From Candidatus Doudnabacteria bacterium (GTDB lineage Bacteria; Patescibacteriota; Doudnabacteria; UBA920; 2-01-FULL-46-14), in NCBI GenBank assembly GCA_041497195.1, contig JBGQGB010000001.1:213504-277503 (forward strand): a stretch of 64,000 nucleotides of DNA. The letters are read 5' to 3'. Each line of letters opens with the position of its first letter. Position 1 is the stretch's first letter. Shown in pieces: positions 15,298-25,539 of the stretch. The notes under the pieces were generated by a model, which saw only the letters and a program-made list of their open reading frames with translations, was not told the DNA's origin and did no database searches. A program made the translations under genes and the position numbers.

Positions 15298-17748
15298 TCA
15301 TTTTTTGCAGGTTGTTTCCAGTTCGTGCAAAAATTGCTGGCCCTGAACAGCGTAAGCATTGTCGATCTGGACTGCCGCCTGAACTTGCTCTCGCGCATTC
15401 ACCAAATCACACATTTGTCCGTATATCGAGGCCAACTGGGCATGCAGAACAGGACTACCCTGATTCATGACCAACGCTGCTTTGTAATTTTCGATGGCTT
15501 TAGAATTGTTGCCGGCTTGCAGATATGCTTGGGCCATGCTTTCGTATTCCTGTTCAGTAAAATGGATATTCAAAATATCAAGGATATATTTCGTCTCAGA
15601 GGCAACGAGACCCTCGCGTCCAGAAATGATTGCAGCCAACAAATAATTAAACCGTGTTTCTTTGGTGGTGGGGTTTAACTCCACTGCTTTTTGAAACTGG
15701 TACAGACCTGTCGGGTAATCTTTTTTGGAAAAATATGCCTGACCTAATTCAACATAAATCTGGGAACGAGTCGGGGAGAGACTCAAGGCCTTTTGCCCTA
15801 ATGTGACGACTTCGCTTAGGGCATTTTGATCGCTGGAATAACGATTTAAAAGACTCATCTCATACAAATAACTTTTCACATCTTGCGGGGCTTCCTTGAT
15901 GCTTTTCTGTATCTCGCTAGTCGCGTATTGATAAAACTCGGCCTTTTCCTGAGGAGACAGGTCCGGGCTGCCTTGCGCGGCGTTGACGTAATCAACCATC
16001 CGTTCCCTGATTTCTTGGTCCATATAAGTTCCGTACGATAGGGCGTGTTTGAAAGCCGGCTCCACCGCTCGATAATTTTGTAGAGCTCCCATTTTTATTC
16101 CCTGGGTCGCATAATAATTGGCAAAGGCTGGCTTGAAATTGACAAAAAGCGCGACAGTAAAAACAATCACTCCCAGAATTATCGGGAAAACTAATCCGGG
16201 ATTGTAGCTGGTTCCTGCCCCCGGCATTTGATCCTCGCTGTCAGAAAAGTTTTTGAGAAAGGCAATGAAACCCAAAAACGTAAAAAACATCAAATAGGTA
16301 GCCTGCGTATCGAAGACAAACATATTCTGGATGAAATAAGCCAAAAGCGTAACCGTCAAAATCAGCGGAAACTGCCAGGGCAAATCCGCAGCATTCTTTC
16401 TGAAAAGTTTCCACAATGTGCCAAAAGCGGCCCCAAAAATTCCCAAATATGCAATCAACCCGACTAAGCCAGAGGTGACGCCGACATCGAAAAATATATT
16501 GTGGGCTCGGTCAAACCAAATTTGACTGCCTTGTTTTTTGAAAATCCTGGCTGGGAAATATTTATTGAAAGCGACATTGTAATTTTCATAGCCGTAACCG
16601 AGAAAAAAACGATCCTTCCAACCCTTCCAAGAGGCTTGCCAGGTATCCAGACGAGACTGTGTCGTAGTATCGTTCACGGAAATGGTCGTCATTCTGAAAA
16701 GGGTACGATTTTGCTTGACCCAATTAGCGTTGCGACTAGCATAAATCAGCGCCGCGGAGAGAATGAGAAAAAAAAGCAGGCCTGATGACACTAATTTGAC
16801 AGATTTGCTAGAAGATTTAAAAATATAAAACAAAAAGTATACAAGCAGAGCAACGAACATGGCGACAAGCGCCCCGCGAGTTTGGGTTTGAAATAAAATC
16901 AACAACTGAAAGAAAAAGGCGGCAGCCAAAAACGGCTTGGTAAATTTTCCTGCCGCAAAAACCACGGCAGCAGCCACAACCAAGTAGACGACAAAATATG
17001 GAAAATAAATCAGCTGGCCGAAACTATCAAACGAGTGAGCTTCGTTGAGTTGAAACAGCAAAGCCAGAACGACTGCAAAAAGAGCCATCAGCCAAAGGGG
17101 TAAAGTAATCGGTTCGTCTTTTTTGATGGAAAAAAACAAATACAGGCTAAGAAATGCCCCGAAGATCAGGAAAGCAGCATAAAACGCGGCATTACCGATC
17201 GTCGCGGAGATCCGATCCCCCCCTGTCGGCAATAGCCTGGCGCAGAAAGCATTCTGGTCAGGTGAAATCTGGGCATTACAATTCAATTGGGCAAAACCAT
17301 ATAGAGCGGTACAGGTGATTATAATGATGGCAATTAGAAAAAAACGCGACCATTCCTTTTTCGATCGCAGGGTGCTGGCTAAAATCGTAAAATAAGCGGC
17401 GAAATGAAGAATCGTGACGATCCCTTCACCTCTCTCCACTGTGCCAAAGAAGCTGCGATGAAAATTCACGCCAAAAAGACTTGCAATCAAAATCACAGCG
17501 ACGTAAATCCACACCGCGCGCATTAGCCAGTTCCATCGCGGACGAACTTCTGGATACCGAAGCGCCAAAATCAAATAAATACAAAGAGCGATTTCGACCA
17601 ACAACCGGAAAAACAAAATTTTGGTAGTGATGAAGGGAAACAAAAACATGCTCCAGACCCACACAGGTGTGAGCAAAAGAGCATATAAAATAACCTTTAA
17701 AAATTTGTAAAGGCGGCTATCATCTAAGGCCGCGACTGGATTAGCCAT
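15298..17748 (-). CDS. O-antigen ligase / O-oligosaccharyltransferase family (Wzy_C) protein with C-terminal TPR repeats
   Basis: R.SATIGNA.F.A, TQTRGA, SRL..W, LGYG.ENY and DRAHN motifs; TPR-like C-terminus. Confidence 0.88.
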   Translation of the reverse strand: MANPVAALDDSRLYKFLKVILYALLLTPVWVWSMFLFPFITTKILFFRLLVEIALCIYLILALRYPEVRPRWNWLMRAVWIYVAVILIASLFGVNFHRSFFGTVERGEGIVTILHFAAYFTILASTLRSKKEWSRFFLIAIIIITCTALYGFAQLNCNAQISPDQNAFCARLLPTGGDRISATIGNAAFYAAFLIFGAFLSLYLFFSIKKDEPITLPLWLMALFAVVLALLFQLNEAHSFDSFGQLIYFPYFVVYLVVAAAVVFAAGKFTKPFLAAAFFFQLLILFQTQTRGALVAMFVALLVYFLFYIFKSSSKSVKLVSSGLLFFLILSAALIYASRNANWVKQNRTLFRMTTISVNDTTTQSRLDTWQASWKGWKDRFFLGYGYENYNVAFNKYFPARIFKKQGSQIWFDRAHNIFFDVGVTSGLVGLIAYLGIFGAAFGTLWKLFRKNAADLPWQFPLILTVTLLAYFIQNMFVFDTQATYLMFFTFLGFIAFLKNFSDSEDQMPGAGTSYNPGLVFPIILGVIVFTVALFVNFKPAFANYYATQGIKMGALQNYRAVEPAFKHALSYGTYMDQEIRERMVDYVNAAQGSPDLSPQEKAEFYQYATSEIQKSIKEAPQDVKSYLYEMSLLNRYSSDQNALSEVVTLGQKALSLSPTRSQIYVELGQAYFSKKDYPTGLYQFQKAVELNPTTKETRFNYLLAAIISGREGLVASETKYILDILNIHFTEQEYESMAQAYLQAGNNSKAIENYKAALVMNQGSPVLHAQLASIYGQMCDLVNAREQVQAAVQIDNAYAVQGQQFLHELETTCKK

Positions 17749-17754
17749 GGACTC

Positions 17755-17803
17755 AGTTTAACGAATCCGGAATGACTGGTCAAATCTCGAAATTTTGCTA
17801 TAA
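17755..17803. promoter_or_regulatory. Divergent promoters producing leaderless or near-leaderless mRNAs
   Basis: Minus: TTGACC-17-TAAACT, 6 nt before ATG 17748. Plus: TG-C-TATAAT at 17798-17803, 10 nt before ATG 17814. Confidence 0.6.
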
Positions 17804-17813
17804 TTAGAAGGAA

Positions 17814-19193
17814 ATGTTGTTAAATCGCTTCAAAAAAATTTTCCTCTTCGTCGGAGATTTGGCAGTTTTGTACTCATCTTTGTATCTCACCCTGCTGATC
17901 CGTTTCCGTGCATTCCCGACCCTCCAGACCTGGAACGTCCACTTCAGGCCTTTCACCATCTTGTTTGTGGTGTGGGTTCTGGTTTTCTACATCGACGGAC
18001 TTTACGAAATCGCGACGAGTAAAAACGACGTCGAATTTTATAATAAAATCCTGCGAAATCTTCTGATAAACTATGGGCTGGCGGCCGCATATTTTTATCT
18101 CTTGACTAATAAGCTCTTTTCCATTAAGCCACAAACCGTATTTTTTATATTCATGGGCGTAGTGGCCGTATTATTTTTCCTGTGGCGATATTGGTATAAC
18201 GAACTGGTCCAAAGTCCTACCTTGTCACGCAACGTGCTCGTCATCGGGATGAAAGACGAGGCACGCGAGCTGATCGAGGAAATTATCAAAAAACCACAAC
18301 TTGGTTACCGTATTAGCGCTATCATTCACGATGGCTATCGAAAGGATTACGATTTTCCGAACGTGAAAATTTTTGGCAGTTCAGTGAGCCTAAAAAAATT
18401 GCTTCGAGAAGAAAAAATCAGCACTGTGGTGACTGCATTTGATCCCCACGCCAATCAGGCTCTCGTGCAGAATCTCTTTGAGAGTTTAGCCCTCAAACTT
18501 CAATTTTCTGATTTACCAACCTTTTACGAAAAGCTTACTGGCAAAATACCTGTCACCACGATTGGACATATCTGGTTTTTGGAAAATCTGGCGGAGAGCG
18601 AAAAAGATGTATATGATTCGATCAAGCGAGGATTAGATATTATCTTCGCCGTACTCGGCTTGATTATTTCCGTCCCTCTGATTCCGTTCATCAGCTTGGC
18701 AATCAAACTAAACGGCCATGGCACTTTACTGTTCAGACAAACTCGCGTCGGTCTTTTAGGCAAACATTTCGTGGCCACAAAATTTCGGAGCATGATTGTC
18801 GGTGCGGAAAAAGAGGGCGAACCGCAGTGGGCAAAAAAAAATGACCCGCGGGTGACAAATGTCGGCAAATTTCTCAGGAAAACCCGCATGGATGAAATTC
18901 CACAACTTTTCAACGTGTTGCGCGGAGAGATGTCTTTCATCGGACCACGACCGGAGCGCCCCGAGTTCGTGAAAAATTTACAAAGCATGATTCCTTTCTA
19001 TAACGAACGCCACTTGGTAAAACCCGGGCTGACGGGTTGGGCACAAATCAACTTCCAGTATGGCGCTTCAACCGGGGACGCTTTGAAAAAACTCCAATAT
19101 GATCTCTTTTACATCAAAAACCGATCCCTTGCTCTGGATGTCGGCGTGATGTTGAAAACGATCAATATCATTCTGACTGGGCGCGGACAATAA
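17814..19193 (+). CDS. Polyprenyl-phosphate priming phosphoglycosyl transferase (WcaJ/WbaP-like)
   Basis: KRGLDI, KFRSM, DPRVT.VG.FLRKTRMDEIPQL.NVL.GEMS.IGPRPE and KPGLTGWAQ motifs. Confidence 0.93.
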   Translation: MLLNRFKKIFLFVGDLAVLYSSLYLTLLIRFRAFPTLQTWNVHFRPFTILFVVWVLVFYIDGLYEIATSKNDVEFYNKILRNLLINYGLAAAYFYLLTNKLFSIKPQTVFFIFMGVVAVLFFLWRYWYNELVQSPTLSRNVLVIGMKDEARELIEEIIKKPQLGYRISAIIHDGYRKDYDFPNVKIFGSSVSLKKLLREEKISTVVTAFDPHANQALVQNLFESLALKLQFSDLPTFYEKLTGKIPVTTIGHIWFLENLAESEKDVYDSIKRGLDIIFAVLGLIISVPLIPFISLAIKLNGHGTLLFRQTRVGLLGKHFVATKFRSMIVGAEKEGEPQWAKKNDPRVTNVGKFLRKTRMDEIPQLFNVLRGEMSFIGPRPERPEFVKNLQSMIPFYNERHLVKPGLTGWAQINFQYGASTGDALKKLQYDLFYIKNRSLALDVGVMLKTINIILTGRGQ

Positions 19194-19199
19194 TAGAAT

Positions 19200-19562
19200 T
19201 TAGCGGGCGATGAGCACTAAACCGAAAATGACCAAAACGACGCCGGCGAATTGCATCAGACTGATTGTCTCGCGCAAAAACAACCAAGAAAAAAATAGCA
19301 CCAAAATGTAGTTCAAACTGGTAAAAGGTATCGCGACACTTAATTTCAGCTTGGACAGAACCAAGAGCCAGAACATAAAACCAAAACCGAGGCTCACCAA
19401 CCCCAGAAATAAATAGAGATTTGTGAAAACTTTCGGAATGAGGTCCAAAAAATTCCGCAGGGAAAACTCCACTACCCCAATTTTGGTCATGCCCAATTTG
19501 ATGAGCACTTGGGCCGCAACTGTCAGAATAATGCTGACGAACAACAATACGTAAGTTATCAT
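19200..19562 (-). CDS. SMR/EamA-family small flippase (ArnE/ArnF-like)
   Basis: 120 aa with 4 TM; AQVLIKLG, LSVAIPFTSLNY and FLRETIS motifs. Confidence 0.8.
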   Translation of the reverse strand: MITYVLLFVSIILTVAAQVLIKLGMTKIGVVEFSLRNFLDLIPKVFTNLYLFLGLVSLGFGFMFWLLVLSKLKLSVAIPFTSLNYILVLFFSWLFLRETISLMQFAGVVLVIFGLVLIAR

Positions 19563-21577
19563 AATTGGTTTATTTGATTTAAAACGTAAATATCTACGGT
19601 TTGAAGCGAGCGTTGCAAATGATAAGAACTCTGAATGCCCCGGAGAAAATATTCGACCTGGTCATTGCGGTAAGCATCGCGGCCAACTAGCACTACAGGC
19701 AATCGGTTTTGCCGAACCTGACGAATGTATTTATCCATTTCGGACTGGAAATATATCGTGAAGGTATAATAAAAATCAAAATAATTCGCTTTGTCTGCAT
19801 ATATTAGAAATTTCGTGTCGTTCTTGGACATGATCGGGATGCGCTCGGTAGCGAAATTTTGGGAGACAAATTTGGCATCCTGATAAGTGCTCTGATCCTC
19901 CGGCCGCACTCCCAACAAATTCTGTCGCATTGTCGCATATTGTCTGACGGAGAATTCTACTGGCAGTTTAAAACAAAATAGCAATAAAGCATACACCAGT
20001 AATCCGAAAAACGCCCCGCTAATCAGCTTGCCGGAATCGCTCGGCCCCTCCCGGTCCTGAACATATTTAAAAGCGTAAAACACAATCAGGATGAACGGCA
20101 CCGTTACGACATAGAGTAGCTGCCACGTGGACTCTCCAACATAATAAATCAGCGAAGTCGCGCCAAAAGCTCCCAAAAAGAACAAGGGCATGTCAATCAT
20201 TGGTTCTTTTTTCCAGAGGCGGTAAACCGCGACTAGCAAAACAACTAGGTAAGAAAAATAAAAAAGCTCGTACAAACCAATAGGCGGCAATGGATACATT
20301 CCCGCGCCCTGAGTAAAGTACTTCGTTTCTTTGAGAAAAAGGTGCCAGTCTGGCCACCCGCCATAAATGCCATGATTAATGAGATTGATTGCGGCAAACA
20401 GACCCACCGCGTAAAGTCCGTAGAACAGGATGATTTTCAATACTCTCTTGAGATCCCAATTATGTGCCAACTCGCGATAGATGAGGGTCGCCACAGTCGC
20501 CACAGTCAGATATAATCCAGAATCAAAATTCCAAAATATGGCGACAGCAGATAGCGCCAAAGCCACGTGCATAAATTTTGGCTTTAGCGTTTTGGAATAT
20601 TGATAAATTGCCAATAAAGTCGGCAAATAGAGCCCCCACCGAAACGGGCTCATCCCGGGAAAAAACAAGACCGATCTTGAAAAACTGTTTTGAAAAAAAT
20701 AAAGGATAGAAACAATCGTCGCAGTCGCCAAGCTAGCGAGAGTGTAGGATTTTAGCCAAAGCCGGGCAAACAAAAAAATTCCGATAAAAAGCAAAAAATA
20801 ACACACAGTAATTATGAGGGCCAGCATCGGGTAAGTCATGGGAATAAGCTTAAACACCCCGGCCAGCAAGTATACGTCGAGCAATCCATATAGATGCGAA
20901 GACTCATATAACATGGCCTTACCGTGGTAGACGTCGTTCACTGCTCCAAGGTAATAATTGAAATGGTGGGTATCAAGCGGAAAACTTGGGTTAAAAATCA
21001 AGATTCCGAGGATAATAACCAAAACTGGCCAAAATCTTCGAAAAAATTTCTCCGTACGCTCGTGCGAATAAAATTTAGTATTGTATTTGCCCAGAAAATA
21101 AAAACCAGCCACAAACAAACCGCTCAAAAGCAAAACTGCGTGGGCGACTAGAATCCGCTTTGTCGTAAGCAACCACAAAATATGCCAGATCCCTTTTTTT
21201 TCCACAAGACTCAACAAAGCCCCCAGCTTAATGAGGCTCGAAAGTTTCTTTAGAACAACTGCTCCAGCGCCAAGCAAGGCAATCAAGGATAAACCGATTA
21301 GATGTTTTTTTCTGATTCGCGAAACGAGCGGCACCAATACTAAAGCTAAAGTTGGAACCACCAAATAACTCAGGACATAGAGCGGGGCCTCAAACGGCTC
21401 AGCTTGCATAAATGTCGGGCCAAAGCTGAGGAAAAGACCGACCGGCCTTCCATCAATGCCCATGTAATGATAAAGCCAATTCTGGAAATACCGGGCTGAC
21501 AAAAAATAAATGATTGTGCCGGTTCCGAGGGCCAGGAAATACTGTTTCTTGTTGCTCAGCACTGAATCCAAGCTCAT
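19559..21577 (-). CDS. Polytopic membrane protein, putative GT-C-fold glycosyltransferase (paralog of 34681-36711)
   Basis: More than 12 hydrophobic segments plus a soluble C-terminal domain; motifs shared with the paralog; glycan-cluster context. Confidence 0.65.
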   Translation of the reverse strand: MSLDSVLSNKKQYFLALGTGTIIYFLSARYFQNWLYHYMGIDGRPVGLFLSFGPTFMQAEPFEAPLYVLSYLVVPTLALVLVPLVSRIRKKHLIGLSLIALLGAGAVVLKKLSSLIKLGALLSLVEKKGIWHILWLLTTKRILVAHAVLLLSGLFVAGFYFLGKYNTKFYSHERTEKFFRRFWPVLVIILGILIFNPSFPLDTHHFNYYLGAVNDVYHGKAMLYESSHLYGLLDVYLLAGVFKLIPMTYPMLALIITVCYFLLFIGIFLFARLWLKSYTLASLATATIVSILYFFQNSFSRSVLFFPGMSPFRWGLYLPTLLAIYQYSKTLKPKFMHVALALSAVAIFWNFDSGLYLTVATVATLIYRELAHNWDLKRVLKIILFYGLYAVGLFAAINLINHGIYGGWPDWHLFLKETKYFTQGAGMYPLPPIGLYELFYFSYLVVLLVAVYRLWKKEPMIDMPLFFLGAFGATSLIYYVGESTWQLLYVVTVPFILIVFYAFKYVQDREGPSDSGKLISGAFFGLLVYALLLFCFKLPVEFSVRQYATMRQNLLGVRPEDQSTYQDAKFVSQNFATERIPIMSKNDTKFLIYADKANYFDFYYTFTIYFQSEMDKYIRQVRQNRLPVVLVGRDAYRNDQVEYFLRGIQSSYHLQRSLQTVDIYVLNQINQL

Positions 21578-21614
21578 TTCAATTCGCAAATATTAAGTAG
21601 GTAATCTAGGAATT

Positions 21615-22769
21615 TTATACGTCGATTGAAAAATCCTTTTGAAAGCGCAAACGGCCTTGCCGTCCGAATTCTCTGGCCAACTTCTTATCTCGAATCAGGG
21701 CGGCAATCGCGGCTGTAAACTCTTCTGTCTGCAAGGGATCCCGAATAAAACCTGTCTTCCCATCTTCCACCATTTCTCCGCTTCCCCCGAATATAGTGGC
21801 TACCACCGGACGCGCCGCCCGCATCGCTTCTAAAACCACGGTCGGCAGTGAATCAAAGCAAATTGAGGGAACAATCACCACACCGCAATCACGCATGGCC
21901 TCCTGATAACGAGTTTCATCCAACCAGCCGGTAAAGTTTAGTAAATTTTCCACGCCCAGACGGCGCGCCAAATCAAACATTTTTTCGGTTATCGGCCCCT
22001 GAGCTCCAACTATTCGCAACTTAACTTCAAGTTTATATTTTTCACGTAGTTTATGCAAATATTTTACCGCTTCCAATGCGCCTTTTGATGAAAAAAGTCT
22101 GCCCCCGAAAAAAATCGTGTCGTCAAAAATTTCGCTCGGCGCTTGCTTGAGGTCTGGGATTTTATTGTGCACAACTTTGTCAATCTCGATACCATTAGCG
22201 TTCAAAAAACTCGCCAGAGCTTGGCTTACGGCATAACGGACAGTGGCCAATCGCAAAAATCTGCGTATGAAAAAGTTGCGGAATGGATTGAAAGCAAACT
22301 TTGCTTGTTGCAGATGCCGCCACCAAGAATAGCGATACTGAAACCTGTAGCCATCGACCGAAGCACTATAAGGAATATTGCAGAATTTTACATACGGCGT
22401 AACGGAAACGACGTCGTGCAAAGTTATCACTGACTTGATGCCGCGACTCCTTAAAATGCGTAAACAATAATATGACCAGTTAGTGTGGATATTGTGAAGG
22501 TAGACTTCCTGCGGACGGAATCTGTTTAGCTCTTTCTGCAAAATTTTGATTGCGCGCGGGTGGTACAGTCCCAGATAGTTTCTCCACCGAGGATGATAAT
22601 CCAAATTATAAGTTCGGATCTGATACTCGGCCGGATTAAAACCAGCGGGGCTGTGGGCGGCAAGAACCAGGGCTTCATGCCCATGAGCCAAATGCTGGGC
22701 CTCTATCATAGCAATCGTGCCCGCTCCCCCGCCTGTGCCAAAATGGTCAGTCAAAATCAAAATTTTCAT
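21615..22769 (-). CDS. Glycosyltransferase family 4
   Basis: GGGAG, HNIH, KG, PSICFDSLPTVVLEAM and DGKTG motifs. Confidence 0.92.
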   Translation of the reverse strand: MKILILTDHFGTGGGAGTIAMIEAQHLAHGHEALVLAAHSPAGFNPAEYQIRTYNLDYHPRWRNYLGLYHPRAIKILQKELNRFRPQEVYLHNIHTNWSYYCLRILRSRGIKSVITLHDVVSVTPYVKFCNIPYSASVDGYRFQYRYSWWRHLQQAKFAFNPFRNFFIRRFLRLATVRYAVSQALASFLNANGIEIDKVVHNKIPDLKQAPSEIFDDTIFFGGRLFSSKGALEAVKYLHKLREKYKLEVKLRIVGAQGPITEKMFDLARRLGVENLLNFTGWLDETRYQEAMRDCGVVIVPSICFDSLPTVVLEAMRAARPVVATIFGGSGEMVEDGKTGFIRDPLQTEEFTAAIAALIRDKKLAREFGRQGRLRFQKDFSIDV

Positions 22770-23452
22770 TTAGGTGATTTTTGAGAAGCTTCCTTGCGAC
22801 CTAAAAAATACATGCCGCCGGCAACCTTGGAAACATCCGGACGGCTTAGCAAAAAATAATCCAAATATTTCAGCGGAGCAACTAAAATTTTCATAGAATT
22901 TTTGAAGACAAATTTAAAAAAAGCACTTTTGGGCCAAAGCTGAGCGTACTCGACTAAGATCCAGGCGATCCCCGAACCTGGTCCATTGGTAATCCCTGTT
23001 TGCAGCTCTTTGAAATTCCGACACAGCAATCTCATTCCGCTGAGAGTCCAGCGCTGGTAATCTCCAGGCGCTTCATGATAGGGCTGTAAAAAGGGAAATT
23101 CAATATAAAGCTCCCCGCCAACTTTGAGCACGCGCCACGCTTCGTTAATTATTACTTGCGGCTCTTTCACATGTTCCAAAAGTCCACCATTGAATACGAC
23201 GTCTACGCTCTCGTCCAGAAAGGGCAAATTCTCCCCAAAAGCCTTGATAGTGTTTGGACCCCCTCGATAGGGATCAACATTTACAGCTCCCGGAACAGGA
23301 TCATAACCTCCGGATCCCACGTTGATAATTTTTTTCCCTTGTAAATTTTTATATCTTGCCAAAACTCTAGAATAATTATTGGTTGGATAGAAAATTCCGC
23401 CACGATAAAAAGACTTTCCTAACGTCTTTTTTATTTGCAAGAACATGTTCAC
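22766..23452 (-). CDS. Class I SAM-dependent methyltransferase
   Basis: INVGSG, LPFLDESVD, LLEHV and PYHEAPGDYQRWT motifs; GTG start, alternative ATG at 23446. Confidence 0.88.
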   Translation of the reverse strand: MNMFLQIKKTLGKSFYRGGIFYPTNNYSRVLARYKNLQGKKIINVGSGGYDPVPGAVNVDPYRGGPNTIKAFGENLPFLDESVDVVFNGGLLEHVKEPQVIINEAWRVLKVGGELYIEFPFLQPYHEAPGDYQRWTLSGMRLLCRNFKELQTGITNGPGSGIAWILVEYAQLWPKSAFFKFVFKNSMKILVAPLKYLDYFLLSRPDVSKVAGGMYFLGRKEASQKSPK

Positions 23453-23459
23453 AAATTTA

Positions 23460-24218
23460 TCACTTTATCCCACAGGCTAAAATTTCAGTGAATAGATCAC
23501 GCTTAGTCGGCGGATCATATTCAATCATGAACGGATTCCATCCGAATAAAAAATAGAAAAAATTGACAAGCCAGGTCCCAAAATGCCTGTTACCAAAATT
23601 ACGAAATGTGTAACTATACAACCCATACCAAAAAATATGGTGAGTCAATTTGAGCTGAACCGCACTAAAATATTCTGCCATAATTTTTTCCAGTTCTTTC
23701 GGAAAAAACTCTCGGACATGATTCGAATCAGCAGGAATTTCTGAAAGCCGATGTGGAGTACTCAAAACCAATTTCCCTCCTGCACGCAAAACCCGCCTCG
23801 CTTCCATAAGCATTTTTTCCGGATACTGTAAATGCTCGATCACTTCGCAGCTAACCACCAAATCAAAGCTTTCTTCGGGAAAGGGCAATTCGTAAGCCGA
23901 GCCAAGGACAAAATCGTAACGAAGATTGTGTTTTCTATCTTGCGAAGCCAAATTTTCCTGTGCGAATTTAATTCCCAATTCTTCATTGTCGACGCCGGTA
24001 ATAATCGCCCCTTGTTCGGCCAAGAGAAAAGTCAGCGCCCCGTCCCCGCAACCCAGATCCAATATTTTCTTGCCCCGAATATCCCCGGCTATTTTGACGA
24101 TCCAATCATAACGAGCCTGCTGAAAAGCGTTAAATTTTCTAATGTCCCGACTGACCATCTCGCGCCAATGGATGCTGCCCCGGTCTTGGTACTTATTAAA
24201 TACTTTCTCTTCGGTCAT
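23460..24218 (-). CDS. Class I SAM-dependent methyltransferase
   Basis: ILDLGCGDG and LPFPEESFDLVVSCEVIEH; start at ATG 24218. Confidence 0.9.
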   Translation of the reverse strand: MTEEKVFNKYQDRGSIHWREMVSRDIRKFNAFQQARYDWIVKIAGDIRGKKILDLGCGDGALTFLLAEQGAIITGVDNEELGIKFAQENLASQDRKHNLRYDFVLGSAYELPFPEESFDLVVSCEVIEHLQYPEKMLMEARRVLRAGGKLVLSTPHRLSEIPADSNHVREFFPKELEKIMAEYFSAVQLKLTHHIFWYGLYSYTFRNFGNRHFGTWLVNFFYFLFGWNPFMIEYDPPTKRDLFTEILACGIK

Positions 24219-25539
24219 TTTTTTGCGCAAAGAAAAATAAATATAAATAAGACAAAAAATTCGGCAGAAACGCAAAAATCAGAGTCGTCGCTATCAATCC
24301 TTTAATATGATGAAACCGAATTAGGTAATAAGAAGTGGGGATGAGGCACGTTAAATTGATGAACTGAATCGCAACCAAGACTCGCATTTTGTTCAGAGTT
24401 CGAAATAGCGGCGCAATGCCCACGTCCGCGGCAATGATTGCTGGATACAAAGCCAAACCGTAAATCAAGCGGATACTCGGTTTGTATTGCGGAAAAATCA
24501 GTTCAATGACCGGACTGGCTAACAAGACCATTAGGAGGATGATCGCTAGCATAACGGCTAAGGATACCAAACTGACTTGCCAAAACCGACGAAACAACTT
24601 CTGCGGACCCGCCGTTTGCGTAAAAGAAAATTGCACGTCCAAAAGTCTGGTTACTGGATCCAAAAGCAAAAGCGGCAAGGATACATAGGCCAAAGCAATC
24701 TTGTAAAATCCAATCCCTGAATCAGTTGCCATAAAATACCCCGTAAACAACAGCGGGACCGTACCTACAAATTTGATCAAATTTTTTCCCACCGCAATCT
24801 CCATGGAAAATCGGAAAAATTGCTTGAATTTTTTCCAGGAAAGTCGCTGGCGGAAAAATTCGCCCATCTTCGGGACCAATGGCTCGACTTTTACCAGCTG
24901 CTGATAAACTATAATGCCCACGATGCTAATGATTATGGTGGCAACAAGCTGGCCGATAACAATTCCGAAAACTTTGAGCCCCAGCAAAACCAAGCCCAAT
25001 GGGACGAGCGCCATCAAAATTTTGTTGCTGGATTCCAAAATCGCCAGTGATTTCATTTTCCGCCAGACCTGAAGAACAATCGCAGCCAAAGGGTAAAAAA
25101 AGGTCAGGGCCGTGATTGCCACGACAATTGCCGCCAACTCCCCTAAATACCGATCATGATAAAATTTGTCTCCTAAATACGGGGCCAACAGAAAACCCGC
25201 AAGACCGGTAGTGAAGAGACCGATGATTGAAACTAACCCAAAAAAATTCAAAACCTGGTTAGTTTCTGCAAAATCGTTCTGACTTCGAGCCCTGGCCAAA
25301 AGGTTGATAGCTGCCTGACCAATCCCAAAGTCTTGAAAGATATTGATCGTTCCACCCAAGGCAAATACTAAACCGTAAAAACCATACTGTTCCGGCCCCA
25401 GGATCCGGGCAAAAATTAAAGACGCCAATACCGCGACAGCCCGGGCGAGGATTGAAGAAGTCTGCAAAACCGCGACGTCTTTTGTAAACGGATGGGAGAC
25501 CCACTTCAAAATTTTTTCTTTCAGACTAGGCAGATTCAT
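24196..25539 (-). CDS. wzx: Wzx-type oligosaccharide flippase
   Basis: ARILGPEQYGFY and DFGIGQA motifs; 12-14 TM. Confidence 0.85.
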   Translation of the reverse strand: MNLPSLKEKILKWVSHPFTKDVAVLQTSSILARAVAVLASLIFARILGPEQYGFYGLVFALGGTINIFQDFGIGQAAINLLARARSQNDFAETNQVLNFFGLVSIIGLFTTGLAGFLLAPYLGDKFYHDRYLGELAAIVVAITALTFFYPLAAIVLQVWRKMKSLAILESSNKILMALVPLGLVLLGLKVFGIVIGQLVATIIISIVGIIVYQQLVKVEPLVPKMGEFFRQRLSWKKFKQFFRFSMEIAVGKNLIKFVGTVPLLFTGYFMATDSGIGFYKIALAYVSLPLLLLDPVTRLLDVQFSFTQTAGPQKLFRRFWQVSLVSLAVMLAIILLMVLLASPVIELIFPQYKPSIRLIYGLALYPAIIAADVGIAPLFRTLNKMRVLVAIQFINLTCLIPTSYYLIRFHHIKGLIATTLIFAFLPNFLSYLYLFFFAQKNDRRESI

